Assembly: GCA_035193785.1 (NCBI GenBank)
Contig: CP136572.1
Location: 3,604,578 to 3,668,577, forward strand
Origin: Planktothrix sp. GU0601_MAG3
GTDB lineage: Bacteria; Cyanobacteriota; Cyanobacteriia; Cyanobacteriales; Microcoleaceae
Direction of reading: 5' to 3'
DNA: 64,000 nucleotides
Below are positions 1-12,278 of this stretch, in pieces (positions within the stretch are counted from its first letter, which is position 1; each line of letters begins with the position of its first letter). Position numbers and translations under genes: made by a program. The notes under the pieces were generated by a model. It had not been told where the DNA came from. It ran no database searches and was given only the letters and a program-made list of their open reading frames with translations.

Positions 1-512
1 TAAAAGGTAGAGATGCGATCTTTCCTTCTAAAGACTATCTCAAACAGGCGACAAAAGACACATTAACCGAGACAGAAATACAACGAATTTCCTCTCGAAT
101 GGTCTATATTGGTAACAACTTATCCTCCCAAGAAATGGCACAACTCTATCAAGCCGCCGATGCTTATGTGTCTCCCTATGCCGCCGAAGGGTTTAATCTT
201 CCAGTTTTAGAAGCGATGGCTTCTGGTATTCCCGTTATCTGTACCGACGGGGGGCCAACGGATGATTTTACAAATGACACATTAGTCTATAAAATCAGAA
301 GTAAGTTCGAGCAAATGACATTAAAAACAGGTGAAACTCGATTCTTTTTAGAACCGGATCAAGACCATTTCTTACAGTTAATGGAAATGGTAATTCAAAA
401 AGAAACCCTTTATCAATCCCTCCAAAAAATCGGGCCTGATTTTGTATCAAAAAGATTTACCTGGAAAATTGTGGTTGAGCAATTATTAAAGGTTTTATTC
501 GATCGCCTTTAA
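1..512 (+). CDS. Glycosyltransferase family 4 (GT-B), 5'-truncated by window edge
   Basis: Frame open from base 3; ADAYVSPYAAEGFNLPVLEAMASGIPVI GT4 motif. Confidence 0.85.
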   Translation, partial: KGRDAIFPSKDYLKQATKDTLTETEIQRISSRMVYIGNNLSSQEMAQLYQAADAYVSPYAAEGFNLPVLEAMASGIPVICTDGGPTDDFTNDTLVYKIRSKFEQMTLKTGETRFFLEPDQDHFLQLMEMVIQKETLYQSLQKIGPDFVSKRFTWKIVVEQLLKVLFDRL

Positions 513-632
513 TTCTGAAATTTCAAGCAAAAATTTTTTTGAGATTCCGAGGTAGAAACTTTGTCATCGTAGGAATAATACGATACACTGAAAATTACAG
601 TTTGAGTTTTTGACGTTTTTGGTAGTACCCCT

Positions 633-1782
633 ATGCAGTCCGCCGTCACACCTGAGACAGAATTAACCATGGATGACCCCAAGCGGGGAATGCCTGTTAC
701 CATTATTACCGGGTTTCCTGGGGAGTGGGAAAACAACCCTCCTGAATCATATTTTATCCAATCAACATGGCATCAAAACCGCCGTGCTGGTGAATGAGTT
801 TGGGGAGATTGGAATTGATAATGAATTGATTATCAATACCGATGAAGATAATACAATGGTTGAGTTAAGTAATGGCTGCGTTTGTTGCACCATTAATGAA
901 GATTTAGTTAATGCAGTTTATAAGGTTTTAGAACGTCCTGAAAAAGTGGATTATATGGTGGTAGAAACCACCGGACTCGCCGATCCACTCCCGGTCGCTC
1001 TGACTTTTTTAAGTACAGAATTAAGGGATATGACTCGTTTAGATTCTATTGTCACCTTAGTTGATTGTGCCAACTTTAGTTTGGATTTATTCAATAGTCA
1101 AGCCGCCAATAGTCAAATTGTCTATGGGGATATTATTGTTTTAAATAAAACCGATTTAGTGGATGAAGCTGAGGTGGATTTATTGGAAGTCAGAATTCGG
1201 GATATGAAAAAAGATGCCCGAATTTTACGCACCAGTAACTCTCAAGTTCCCCTCCCCTTAATTCTAAGTGTGGGATTATTTCAATCCGATCAATATTTTG
1301 ATGATCAATCCCATGAAAACGAGCACAAACATGATCACGACCATGACCATGAAAACCATGATGATCATGTCTGTGATGACCATTGTGACCACGACCATGA
1401 CCATGACCATGACCATCACCACCATGACCACCATGACCACCATGACCATTCCAACCACTTAGAAAATGATGGTTTTACCTCCCTTTCATTCCAAAGTGAT
1501 CAACCCCTTTCTTTAAGAAAATTTCAATACTTTTTAGATAACCAACTTCCGGCGAGTGTATTCCGCGCTAAAGGAATTTTATGGTTTGATGAAAGTCCCA
1601 AACGCCATATTTTTCATCTAAGCGGAAAACGGTTTTCTATTGATGATGATGAGTGGAAAACTGAACCCAAAACCCAATTAGTTTTAATTGGTCAGGAATT
1701 AGATCATGAAACCCTGCGATCGCAACTCAATCATTGTTTATGTCTTCCCTCTACCAGTCGTGGAAAAGGTTTTGGGAAATAG
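633..1782 (+). CDS. CobW/COG0523 zinc-chaperone GTPase with His/Asp-rich insert (fs ~713)
   Basis: Repaired N-terminus MQSAVTPETELTMDDPKRGMPVTIITGFLGSGKTT; NEFGE, GCVCC, ETTG and NKTD motifs; His-rich linker ~1310-1460. Confidence 0.9.
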
Positions 1783-1906
1783 AATATTAGTTAATAGGTG
1801 AACCATAGTAATGGTGCGTGTACTGACAATAACGCACCCTACTATTAACTGATGATTGATCACTGACACAGACGCGCCGTGGCACGTCTCTACACTGATA
1901 ACTGAT

Positions 1907-2365
1907 ATGCGGGTAATTGTTCAACGAGTTAATGCGTCTCAAGTTACCGTCGGAGGTGAAATTATCGGTCAAATTGGGCGAGGACTGAACCTATTAGTCG
2001 GAATTTCCCAGACCGATACCGAAATAGAAATTAACTGGATGGTGCGAAAATGTTTAGAATTAAGATTATTTTCCGATCCCCAAACCAACACCGGAAAGTG
2101 GGAAAAATCCATCCAAGAAATTCAAGGTGAATTATTAGTGGTGAGTCAATTTACCCTCTATGGGGACTGTCGCAAGGGTCGGCGTCCGTCCTTTGATCGT
2201 TCAGCATCGCCAGTAACGGCGGAAAACCTTTATCAACAGTTTATTGAACAATTGCGTTTGAGTGGTTTAAAAGTAGAAACTGGTAAATTTGGCGCCATGA
2301 TGCAGGTTTCAATCGAAAATGATGGCCCGGTTACGTTAATCTTAGAAAAAGAAGCAAACTCTTAA
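1907..2365 (+). CDS. dtd: D-aminoacyl-tRNA deacylase
   Basis: MRVIVQRV start, SQFTL, GRRPSF, NDGPVT motifs. Confidence 0.95.
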   Translation: MRVIVQRVNASQVTVGGEIIGQIGRGLNLLVGISQTDTEIEINWMVRKCLELRLFSDPQTNTGKWEKSIQEIQGELLVVSQFTLYGDCRKGRRPSFDRSASPVTAENLYQQFIEQLRLSGLKVETGKFGAMMQVSIENDGPVTLILEKEANS

Positions 2366-2393
2366 TTATTTATCTTATAAACTATTTAGAAAA

Positions 2394-3984
2394 ATGACTA
2401 TTTCGATTGATTTTGGAACCAGTAATACAGTGATTTCCCGTTGGAATTCGGCGACACAAAAACCCGAAACCTTAAAACTGCCTAATTTGTCTCAAATTTC
2501 CAGCCAAAACCCTCCCCTAATTCCTAGTTTAGTTTATCTAAAAGATGCCAGTCAACCCGAATTTTTATTGGGTCAGCAAGTACGGGATGGGGGCTATGAT
2601 ATTAGTAATGATCCTCGATTTTTTAGGAATTTTAAACGGGGAATTGGAAGTAATATTCAGGGATTTTTACCCGAAATTGATGGTCAAATTATTAGCTTTG
2701 AACGGGTGGGAGAACTATTTTTAAATGGCATTGTGAACGCGATGCTTCAAATCCCTCTGGATGTAAATTCTTTAGTATTTACGGTTCCGGTTGATAGCTT
2801 TGAATCCTATCGTCATTGGCTGGGAAAAGTTGCTGAATCCCTCAATGTAGAACAGGTAAAACTATTAGATGAACCCACGGCGGCGGCCCTAGGATATGGA
2901 TTAGCCGATCAAGAGCTTTTACTGGTAATTGATTTAGGGGGAGGAACATTAGATCTTTCCTTAGTTCGTTTAGAAGCCAATAGCAATAAAAAACCGTTAG
3001 GCTTTATTTTAAAATGGGGACAAAAATCCTTTGCAAAATCATCGGGACAACGGGTACAAACCGCCCGAGTTTTAGCGAAAGCGGGGCAAAATTTAGGCGG
3101 TTCTGATATTGATAATTGGTTGTTAGATTATTTTGCAAAAACCCAAGATTTACCCAAAACGGCCCTAACAACTCGTTTAGCTGAACGTTTAAAAATTCAA
3201 TTATCTTTACAAACCCAAGCAACGGAAGTTTATTTCGATGATCAAACTTTAGAGAGTTATGAATTGACCTTAACCCGGAATCAGTTTGAAACTATTCTTA
3301 CTAATGCTAGTTTTTTTGAAACCTTAGATGATTCTATTGGTAAAGTCTTCCAACAAGCTCGCCGTCAAGGAATTGAAGTTTCTGATATTAATGCTGTTTT
3401 ATTAGTGGGAGGAAGTGCTCAAATTCCATCGGTACAAACTTGGATTCAGCAATATTTTGATAATGATAAAATTCGCTGTGAAAAACCTTTTGAGGCGATT
3501 TCCCATGGAGCTTTGCAACTGAATCAAGGGATAAAAATAGAAGATTTTTTATATCATAGCTATGGGGTTCGCTATTGGAATCGTCGGGATAATTGCCATA
3601 GTTGGCATCCGATTATCAAATCAGGTCAACCCTATCCGATGACGAATCCGGTAGAATTATTATTGGGTGCATCTTTAGAAAATCAACCCAGTATTGAATT
3701 GATTTTAGGAGAATTGGGAGATGAAACCGGAGGGACAGAGGTTTATTTTGATGGCGATCGCCTGGTCACCCGTCGTTTAGATCAAAGCCAAATTGTCCAA
3801 TCTTTGAAACGATACCCCCGGCGGTCGAACTATTGCCCAATTAACCCCACCCGGAAACCCGGGAAGTGATCGAATTAAAGTATTATTTAAGGTGGATGAA
3901 AAACGATTGTTACGAATTACGGTTGAAGATTTATTAGCCGATAAACTGCTTTTAGATAATCAAGTTGTTGTCCAGTTAAGTTAG
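2394..3984 (+). CDS. Hsp70-family protein, non-canonical DnaK-like (fs 3806)
   Basis: IDFGTSN, DEPTAAA, DLGGGTLD, LVGGS motifs; repaired C-terminus SLNDTPGGRTIAQLTPPGNPGSDRIKV...QLS*. Confidence 0.88.
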
Positions 3985-4041
3985 AGGGAAATACCAGATT
4001 GATCATGTTTAAAGTTAACTTCGATTTTGAGAGAAAAAAGT

Positions 4042-5301
4042 ATGCGATCGCGAGCAATTCGAGAAGGTTCTGTAGGTTTATTAATCTTGTTAGGATTTGG
4101 TTTACTCGGAGCCGTGCTTTTATGGCTGAAAAATATTAGTTTAGGTAGTCGCAGTTATACAATTATTGCAGAATTTCCAGATGCCTCTGCATTACAAATC
4201 GGAACAGTTGTCCGGTATCGAGGAGTTAAAGTGGGTCGATTGGTTGAACTTAAAGCTTCCTTAAATTCTGTCGATGCTATTTTAGAAATTACACCCAGTA
4301 GTTTTATTATTCCTCGAAATGTGATGATTCAATCTAACCAGATTGGTTTATTAAATGAAGGATATATTGATATTATTCCTAGGGAAAAAATTTCACAAAC
4401 CATTGAAAATGCCGACCCTCTGAGTCCCGATTGTCCTAAAGTAATTCTCTGTAATAATACGCGAATTTCTGGGGAATTGGGAATTGATATTATGAAACTG
4501 ATTGGGAGTTTATATCAATTTGCAGAAATCTATGGAAATCCTGAATTATTTGCCAACTTAAATTCCGCAGCAAAGTCCAGTTCTAGTGCAGCCCAAGAAG
4601 CTATAAAATTAAGTGTAAAAATATCAGAGTTTTTGTCTGTTACCCAGTCAGAAATTGAACAATTAAATGCGTCTGTGGGTACGGGAATAGGAGGGTTAAA
4701 TCAATCAGTGAGTCAAGGAGTTAATGCCTTAACTTCAGAAATGTCTAATCTTTCAACTGTTCTTCAAAAAGATACAAAAGAAGTCGCACAAGCGACTATT
4801 AGTTCTGCAAATTCTGTCAGTCGGGCGGCAAATCAAGTGGGCGCTCTTAGTAATCAATTTAATGGCTTATTGGCGAATAATCGCTCTAGTTTAGTTTCTA
4901 CTTTAGAAAATATTAATCAAACCACCAAAGAATTAAGTGTTTTAGTCGGAAGTCTAAACCCGATTATGACTCAATTAGAGCAGGCTAATATTATTAAAAA
5001 TTTAGAAGCAGCATCAGCAAATGCAGAAGCAGCATCAGCTAACCTGAGAAATTTATCTAAAGGAGTAAGTGACCCGGAAAATTTAATCCTAATTCAACAA
5101 ACTTTGAATTCCAGCCGCAATACCCTCCAAACCCTGGAAAAAATTAGTGAAGATGTGAACCAATTAACCGGAGATGAACAATTGCAAAATAACCTGAAAA
5201 ACTTAATTAATGGTTTGGGGAGATTATTCAACTCAACCCAACGTTTAGAACAACAAAAATCAATATCGGAAAGATTAGAAACCTCTCGCAGCAGCAGTTG
5301 A
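4042..5301 (+). CDS. MlaD/MCE-family lipid transport protein
   Basis: N-terminal TM helix after REGSVGL, MCE domain (VRYRGVKVG), long coiled-coil tail. Confidence 0.85.
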   Translation: MRSRAIREGSVGLLILLGFGLLGAVLLWLKNISLGSRSYTIIAEFPDASALQIGTVVRYRGVKVGRLVELKASLNSVDAILEITPSSFIIPRNVMIQSNQIGLLNEGYIDIIPREKISQTIENADPLSPDCPKVILCNNTRISGELGIDIMKLIGSLYQFAEIYGNPELFANLNSAAKSSSSAAQEAIKLSVKISEFLSVTQSEIEQLNASVGTGIGGLNQSVSQGVNALTSEMSNLSTVLQKDTKEVAQATISSANSVSRAANQVGALSNQFNGLLANNRSSLVSTLENINQTTKELSVLVGSLNPIMTQLEQANIIKNLEAASANAEAASANLRNLSKGVSDPENLILIQQTLNSSRNTLQTLEKISEDVNQLTGDEQLQNNLKNLINGLGRLFNSTQRLEQQKSISERLETSRSSS

Positions 5302-5617
5302 AAAAACCCAGGTTACACTCTCAAATATCGATCAATCTTCAGCCATAAAACAGCCTGGGTTTGAAGCAAATGAAAGGCTAAATCAACTGATGAATCCTGC
5401 TACGGGTTATTCTATTAATCAAAATAAAAAATTTGTTTCTCAATCCCAATTTAATCAGGAATAGGGAAAAATTACCACTACCTTTACTTATAAACAGAAA
5501 AGTCATCTTCCGATTTGCGATCGCTATTTTAGCTAACTTCATAAAATATTGATTTTATATAGCGATTTGGGGTTGAATCGTTATCTCCAAAAACTTGTTG
5601 ATGTTAAAAAATCTTGA

Positions 5618-5926
5618 TTAGAGTAAAGTCAATTCTTTTTTAACAACTGTAATTTGTTTTAAGGTTAATGAATAATGCTTTAATGCGTACCCAAATTTTG
5701 ATTTTTGATTTACTATTACCAGTTTCCCTGTATAAGTTTCCTCACCTACTTTACAATATTGAATACCATTACCACCAGTATCGCCACCAATTAAAGTAAT
5801 ATTTTTGTCTGTAAAACGTTGTCGAACATACTCAAGTAAGTCATCTTCAATAATTTCTTTTATATCGTCCCTTGTAGGAATACCTTCTCTTTCTTCAATG
5901 CCATTTGAACTAATAATTAAATACAT
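5618..5926 (-). CDS. Hypothetical protein
   Basis: 102-aa AT-rich ORF, no motif recognised. Confidence 0.5.
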   Translation of the reverse strand: MYLIISSNGIEEREGIPTRDDIKEIIEDDLLEYVRQRFTDKNITLIGGDTGGNGIQYCKVGEETYTGKLVIVNQKSKFGYALKHYSLTLKQITVVKKELTLL

Positions 5927-5965
5927 AAATAATCCTAATTAAATAAATATTTGTGTTTATCTGCT

Positions 5966-6184
5966 TTAAAAATATTGATTTGCCTTGTCTTTCTCTAACA
6001 TTTTTCCAAGTATATGAGCGGCTTCAAAAGCATCATAAGGTGACCAAATTTCGTAAGTTTGTCCATCTTTGAGGGGGGAAAGAGTTTCTTCTTTCGCTAA
6101 TTCCGATGTCAAAAACTCGATCGCTAGTAACTTGTCAGCGCGAGACAAACTTTGAAGCAGTGGTAATAAGTCAGTTACAATCAT
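5966..6184 (-). CDS. Small conserved-type hypothetical protein
   Basis: 72 aa, LLPLLQSLSRADKL...WSPYDAFEAA resembles small cyanobacterial hypotheticals. Confidence 0.6.
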   Translation of the reverse strand: MIVTDLLPLLQSLSRADKLLAIEFLTSELAKEETLSPLKDGQTYEIWSPYDAFEAAHILGKMLEKDKANQYF

Positions 6185-6304
6185 GGAACTAGCTGCTTGA
6201 GGCGTTTACAGTAACATTATAACATCACAGAATTGGACTAATTATAGTGGAAAATAGACATCCTCTATTAACCCAGCAGAAAAATAATAAAAACCCATTC
6301 ATAC

Positions 6305-6343
6305 AAAAACCCCCTACCGATTTATCACTGGAAGGGGGTTTTT
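6305..6343 (-). terminator. Intrinsic terminator downstream of 5S rRNA
   Basis: AAAAACCCCCT...AGGGGGTTTTT hairpin with T-tracts on both strands. Confidence 0.8.
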
Positions 6344-6351
6344 GATTATTA

Positions 6352-6469
6352 ACCTGGCACCGAGCTATTTTCCCAGAAGGCTACCCTCCAAGTATCTTCG
6401 CCGTATCAGCGTTTCACTTCCGAGTTCGAGATGGATCGGAGTGGTTCCACTGAGCCATAGGCACCAGGA
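6352..6469 (-). rRNA. rrf: 5S rRNA, stand-alone (no adjacent 16S/23S)
   Basis: Minus strand reads TCCTGGTGCCTATGGC...GGAACCAC...CGAACTCGGAAGTGAAACGC...AAAATAGCTCGGTGCCAGG; paired termini, ~118 nt. Confidence 0.95.
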
Positions 6470-6545
6470 AAGCTCTACAAACTTTTACCTGGGTTTGAGG
6501 TTTGCAGCCGTTTGTGTTTTGCTTGCTTGCCTCTCACAATTTACT

Positions 6546-6574
6546 AATGTACTCGCTTTTTCTAGGAATGTCAA
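6546..6574 (-). promoter_or_regulatory. Sigma70-type promoter for the stand-alone 5S gene
   Basis: TTGACA-N17-TACATT on minus strand with A/T tracts upstream. Confidence 0.75.
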
Positions 6575-6708
6575 CCCCTTTTTTGAAAAAAAATTAAAAT
6601 CCCTCAAACCCATACTATTCAGCGTTTCTAGGATTGGGGAGCAGCCCTCAACCCCAAATATGGCAGAATAGAAAGGACTGTCTAAAATTGCCCAACTTGT
6701 CCAAACCC

Positions 6709-9700
6709 ATGACTGCAACGACTCCCACCCAAGCCACAAAATACGAACCCTTTAGTACCGAAGCCAAATGGCAACAGTATTGGGAAGCCCATCAGGTGTT
6801 TAAAGCTGACCCCAACCAACCCGGGGAACCCTATTGTATTATGATTCCCCCCCCCAACGTTACGGGAAATCTCCATATCGGTCATGCCTTTAATAACTCC
6901 TTGATTGATGCCCTGATTCGCTATCATCGGATGAAGGGTCATAACGCGCTGTATTTACCGGGGATGGATCACGCCAGCATTGCAGTCCAAACAATTTTAG
7001 AACGACAACTCAAAGCCGAAGGAAAAACCCGCGACGATTTAGGACGAGAAAAATTTTTACAACGAGCTTGGGAATGGAAGGAAGAATCCGGCGGCACTAT
7101 TGTTAATCAGTTGCGACGGTTAGGGGTTTCTTGTGATTGGACGCGGGAAACGATTTACCCTAGATGAAGGATTATCAAAAGCGGTATTAGAAGCCTTTAT
7201 TAGATTATATGAAGATGGGTTAATTTATCGGGGAAAATATTTAGTTAATTGGTGCCCGGCGAGTCAATCGGCGGTATCAGATTTAGAAGTAGAAAATAAA
7301 GAAGTTGATGGGAATTTGTGGCATTTTCGCTATCCTTTAACCGATGGTAGTGGTTATGTAGAAGTAGCAACCACCCGACCGGAAACCATGTTAGGGGATA
7401 CGGCGGTGGCGGTGAATCCCAAGGATATTCGCTATAAAGATTTAATTGGAAAAACGGTAATTTTACCGATTATTAAACGGGAAATTCCGATTATTGGGGA
7501 TGATTTTGTTGATCCGAAGTTTGGCACGGGTTGTGTTAAAGTAACTCCCGCCCATGATCCGAATGATTTTCAAATGGGTCAACGGCATCAACTGCCGATG
7601 ATTAATATTATGAATCAGGATGGCTCCTTAAATGAAAATGCCGGGCCATTTGCCGGACAGGATCGATTTGTTGCACGAAAAAATCTGATTCAATTCCTTA
7701 AAGATAAGGGATTTTTAGTTAAAATTGAAGACTATAAACATACAGTTCCCTATAGCGATCGCGGTAAAGTTCCGGTGGAACCGCTATTATCAACCCAATG
7801 GTTTGTTAAGATTCGTCCTTTGGCAGATAAGGCGTTAAATTGTTTAGATGAACAGGATGCTCCCGTCTTTGTTCCTGACCGTTGGACGAAGGTTTATCGA
7901 GATTGGTTAGTCAAATTAGATGATTGGTGTATCTCTCGACAATTGTGGTGGGGGCATCAAATTCCGGCTTGGTATGCTATTAGTGAAACGGGCGGTAAAA
8001 TTACCGATAACACGCCGTTTGTTGTTGGCAGAAATGAAGCAGAAGCCCGGGAAAAAGCGATCGCCAAATTCGGAAAAACCGTAATTTTAGAACAAGATCC
8101 TGATGTTTTAGATACCTGGTTTTCCTCCGGTTTATGGCCGTTTTCCACCTTGGGATGGCCGGAAGAAACCTTAGATTTAAGCAAATATTATCCCACCAGT
8201 ACCCTCTCAACGGGGTTTGATATTATCTTTTTCTGGGTTGCCAGAATGACAATGATGGGGGCATATTTTACCGATAAAATGCCATTTAAAACCGTATATA
8301 TCCACGGGTTAATCCGAGATGAAAATGGTAAGAAAATGTCAAAATCCGCCGGAAACGGTATTGATCCGTTATTACTGATTGATAAATACGGAACCGATGC
8401 GGTGCGGTTTACCTTAATGAAAGAAGTGATTGGGGCAGGCCAGGATATTCGCTTAGAATATAATCGAGAAACCGACGAATCTGCATCTGTTGAAGCCTCT
8501 CGAAATTTTGCCAATAAACTCTGGAATGCCTCTCGGTTTGTGATGATGAATTTAGACGGGAAATCTCCCAAACAGTTAGGAGAACCCAATATTAATCAAC
8601 TAGAACTGAGTGATAAATGGATTTTATCTCGCTTTAACCAAACCGTAAAACAAACCCGTGAGGATATGGATAATTACGGTATTGGTGAAGCGGCCAAAGG
8701 CATTTATGAGTTTATTTGGGGAGATTTTTGTGATTGGTATATTGAATTAGCTAAACCCCGTTTACAAGGAGAAAATAACGCCTCTCGTCACGTTTCCCAA
8801 CAAACCTTAGCTTATGTTTTAGAAGGAATTTTAAAACTTCTCCATCCATTTATGCCCCATATTACCGAAGAAATATGGCATAGTTTAACCCAAACCGGAG
8901 AAGAAACTTGTTTAGCGTTGCAACCCTATCCGGTGGTGGTGGAAGATAATGTATTAGACCTGGAAGTGCAACGGTTAGGAAAGTTTGTCAATGATCCTGA
9001 TTCAATTGTAGGTCAATCAATCGGAATTTTACTGGAATTACCAGAAGTTTTGGGAGGGTTTTTTAAACAATATCAAAAACCCCTAATTCTGACCGGGCTA
9101 TTTTTCGTTGCTTTTTTAACCATTAAATGCTTTGCTGCGGCGTTAAATGCGATTAATGAGTTACCCCTATTACCGACAATTTTTGAACTAATTGGGATGG
9201 GATATTCCGGTTGGTTTGTTTATCGTTATTTAGTGAAAGCGTCACAACGGGAGGAACTTGGGAAGATTTTACAGGAGTTAAAAACGGAATTTATCGGTAG
9301 TTCAAAAGTAGATAAAACCCCAGAATTTCCTAACATTGATTCCGCAATTTGTCAAGAGCCATCTAGTGAAATCACAGGAATCATTGATCCGAAATTAGAG
9401 GCGGATTTTGAGTTAATTATTGGGGCAATTCGTACCGTCCGAAATTTACGCGCGGAGGCAGATATTAAACCCAAAGTTAAGGTTAACGCCATTCTGCAAA
9501 GCGAAAGCAGTAAAGAACAGCAAATCTTGAAACAAGGACAAACCTATATTCAAGAATTAGGGAAAGTAGAGGAATTAACCATTACCGAAAAATTAACCGG
9601 AAATGAAGGTCAAACCATTGCGGGAGTAGTGGGAAACTGTGCAAGTATTAATGCCCTTAGCAGGGGTAGTTGATTTAGTCGCATTTCAAACGAAATTGCA

Positions 9701-9878
9701 GAAAAAATTGGCAAAAGTAGAAAAAGAAATTCAAGGGTTGCAACGGAATTTGAATAACCCAAATTTCGTTAACCGTGCGGAACCAGAAGTCGTCGAAAAT
9801 ACCCGCAATAGTTTAGCAGAAGCAGAAAAACAAGCAGAAATTCTCCAAGAAAGGTTAAGTAAATTGGGGAACAGTTAA
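6709..9878 (+). CDS. valS: Valyl-tRNA synthetase with inserted CAAD membrane domain (fs 7147, 9633)
   Basis: [28 protein letters not shown] motifs; hydrophobic CAAD/CURT1-like insert ~9020-9300; C-terminal coiled coil. Confidence 0.95.
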
Positions 9879-9922
9879 TTACGAATTACGAATTACGAAT
9901 TACGAATTACGAATTACGAATT
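9877..9922 (+). repeat. STRR heptamer (AATTACG)x6
   Basis: Tandem 7-mer directly after the valS stop. Confidence 0.9.
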
Positions 9923-9978
9923 TAAGAAGATGACGCAGATTAACACAAATTAAAATCCGTGAAATCCGCGAAATCCTC

Positions 9979-11382
9979 TTAAATCCGTGATCCTCCCATA
10001 CAAGACCTTAAAAACCGGGTAGGAATATCAATCCTATTTCCCCAATGGAGATGTAAATAAGACCCATGAACATTAGAACAATTTCCCCAACCTTCTAATA
10101 CAGAGGCAGTGTTTTGCGATGACATAAAACGCTGCATTTCATATAAAGGATCAGACGAGTTTTCTATCAGTTCCGACCGATGAAACTCATGGCCAGTAAT
10201 GATTTCTCCCTCTAATAATAAAGGAGTATTTTTTAAAACCTTTGCCTGATAATACCCTAATTTTAAGCGTTTTCCCATAACCGCAGTCGTTGGTAATATG
10301 CCCACCATTGACCAAGCATTATTTTCAAAATCAATAATCTTTTCACACAAATACATTAACCCTCCACATTCTGCATAGGTAGATATTCCTGATAAAATAG
10401 CGGTTTTAACTGCATTTAAAACAGCCTGATTTTGACTTAATTCTTCAGCAAATACCTCGGGAAAACCCCCGCCAAAATATAATCCTTTAATATCGGTCGG
10501 AAGTTGATCATCCTTCAACGGACTCCATTCAATTAATTCCGCACCCAACTGTTGTAAAATCTCTAAATTATCAGCATAATAAAAATTAAATGCCGCATCC
10601 TTGGCGATCGCAATTCTAATCGGTTGATAGTTATGTTCAACCCATAGCTTAGGGATAGAATTTTCCTGCTTAACTGGATGACTAAGATCAGAAATTGGAG
10701 TATTTTTTAATAAAGGTAATAATTGTTCCCAGTCAAACCAATTTTCAGCTAATTCAGCTAACTCTTGAATGAATAAATCCATCTGGGGGAGTTCATTCGT
10801 AGGAATTAACCCCAAATGGCGATCGGGAATCACAATATTTTCCTGTCTTTTAATCGTTCCTATAATCGGAATATTCAGAGGTGCTAAGAAGGATTGTAAC
10901 AGTTCTAAATGGCGATCGCTTCCCACTTTATTTAAAACCAAACCCGCTAATTTGATATTAGGATTAAAGTTTTTAAAACCCAATGCGATCGCGGCAATAG
11001 AACCGGATAATCGACTACAATCTAAGACTAAAATTACTGGTAAATCAAGAATTAAGGCAATCTGAGCCGTTGAAGCAATCGCAACCTTTTCCCCATTAGG
11101 AATCCCATCAAATAGACCCATAACTCCTTCAATTAAACCATAATCGCAGGTCTGAATATGTTGATCATAACAGGCTTTAATATAGGATTCTGAAGTTAAA
11201 ATCGAATCTAAATTATAACAAGGCTTACCCGTAACATAGTGATGAAACATGGGATCAATATAATCGGGGCCAACCTTAAAAGATTGGATATTAGAATTGT
11301 GTTTTTTCAAATAGGATAAAATAGCTAGTGTAATTGTGGTTTTCCCAACTCCACTCCGTTCTCCAGCAACAATAAGCGTCAT
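9979..11382 (-). CDS. cbiA: Cobyrinate a,c-diamide synthase
   Basis: SGVGKTT, FKVGPDYID, EGVMGLFDG, GGGFPE, AECGG, GHEFH motifs. Confidence 0.92.
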   Translation of the reverse strand: MTLIVAGERSGVGKTTITLAILSYLKKHNSNIQSFKVGPDYIDPMFHHYVTGKPCYNLDSILTSESYIKACYDQHIQTCDYGLIEGVMGLFDGIPNGEKVAIASTAQIALILDLPVILVLDCSRLSGSIAAIALGFKNFNPNIKLAGLVLNKVGSDRHLELLQSFLAPLNIPIIGTIKRQENIVIPDRHLGLIPTNELPQMDLFIQELAELAENWFDWEQLLPLLKNTPISDLSHPVKQENSIPKLWVEHNYQPIRIAIAKDAAFNFYYADNLEILQQLGAELIEWSPLKDDQLPTDIKGLYFGGGFPEVFAEELSQNQAVLNAVKTAILSGISTYAECGGLMYLCEKIIDFENNAWSMVGILPTTAVMGKRLKLGYYQAKVLKNTPLLLEGEIITGHEFHRSELIENSSDPLYEMQRFMSSQNTASVLEGWGNCSNVHGSYLHLHWGNRIDIPTRFLRSCMGGSRI

Positions 11383-11477
11383 AATCTAACAATTTGAGTT
11401 AATAAAGTCTGAGAAATAGTTTTTTTTGCGAGTCCGATTTTTACCTTTCATGCGGGGAAGTTCACCCCTAAAGCTAA

Positions 11478-12260
11478 TTATAAAAATCGCCAAAGATAAG
11501 CAAAAAAGATCGCCACGATCGCCCCAATCAAAGTATTAATAAAATTAACAATTTCATTGGTTAACCATGTCCATTTTGTTTGTAAAGTTGCCCCAATTAC
11601 ACTTTCTAAATTAGTAGCAATAAACGCCGCCATCACACTCCAAATAATCCCCCAAACATCAATTAAGCCGATAGTCCAAGCCAACAAAGAAACAACAATA
11701 GAAGCCACCACCCCAGCCAAAGTTCCCTCCAAACTCACAGCCCCTTCCGTACCTTTAGGAACAGGTTTCAAGGTAGTAATTAAAAAAGTCTTCTGACCGT
11801 AGGCTTTGCCAATTTCACTGCCACAGGTGTCGGATAATTTTGTACTAAAACTAGCAACATATCCTAATAATAATAACGGAATCCAAGATTGGATTTCAAC
11901 GGCATCAGGAAACAATAATTGTAGGAAAAATACCCCTAACCCACATAACATCCCCGTTAACGCCGAACCCCAGACATTTTCTGGCCCCCGGGCGCCCCCG
12001 CGTTTTTCCGCAATTCCCGCGGCTTCCTTTTCGGCTTTACCAATTCGGGTTACACCCGAACCCACTAAAAAATAGAACACCACAATCAAATAACCCCGCC
12101 AACCCAAACACCCCCAAATCAGCACTCCCAATATCCAAGCATGAACCCATCCGGCGGGGGTTAATAACTTTTTGGCGACTATCACCCCTAAACTAATTAA
12201 AACTGTATTTAAAGCGATCGCAAATAACCAAGGATTAAGCGACACTAATTCATAAATCAT
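11478..12260 (-). CDS. DUF92/TIGR00297 membrane protein (VTE6-like)
   Basis: GIAEKRGGARGPENVWGS, KLSDTCGSEIGKAYG, GTEGAVSLEGT; multiple TM helices. Confidence 0.85.
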   Translation of the reverse strand: MIYELVSLNPWLFAIALNTVLISLGVIVAKKLLTPAGWVHAWILGVLIWGCLGWRGYLIVVFYFLVGSGVTRIGKAEKEAAGIAEKRGGARGPENVWGSALTGMLCGLGVFFLQLLFPDAVEIQSWIPLLLLGYVASFSTKLSDTCGSEIGKAYGQKTFLITTLKPVPKGTEGAVSLEGTLAGVVASIVVSLLAWTIGLIDVWGIIWSVMAAFIATNLESVIGATLQTKWTWLTNEIVNFINTLIGAIVAIFFAYLWRFL

Positions 12261-12278
12261 AAATTCGATCTCAAAACC

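Noticed and set aside
1268..1462. Met/Thr- and Met/Val-rich short ORFs
   Set aside because: Alternative-frame and antisense readings of the His/Asp repeat in the CobW gene.
6342..6739. ORFs 6342-6671 and 6485-6739
   Set aside because: They overlap the 5S rRNA, its promoter and the valS start; spurious.
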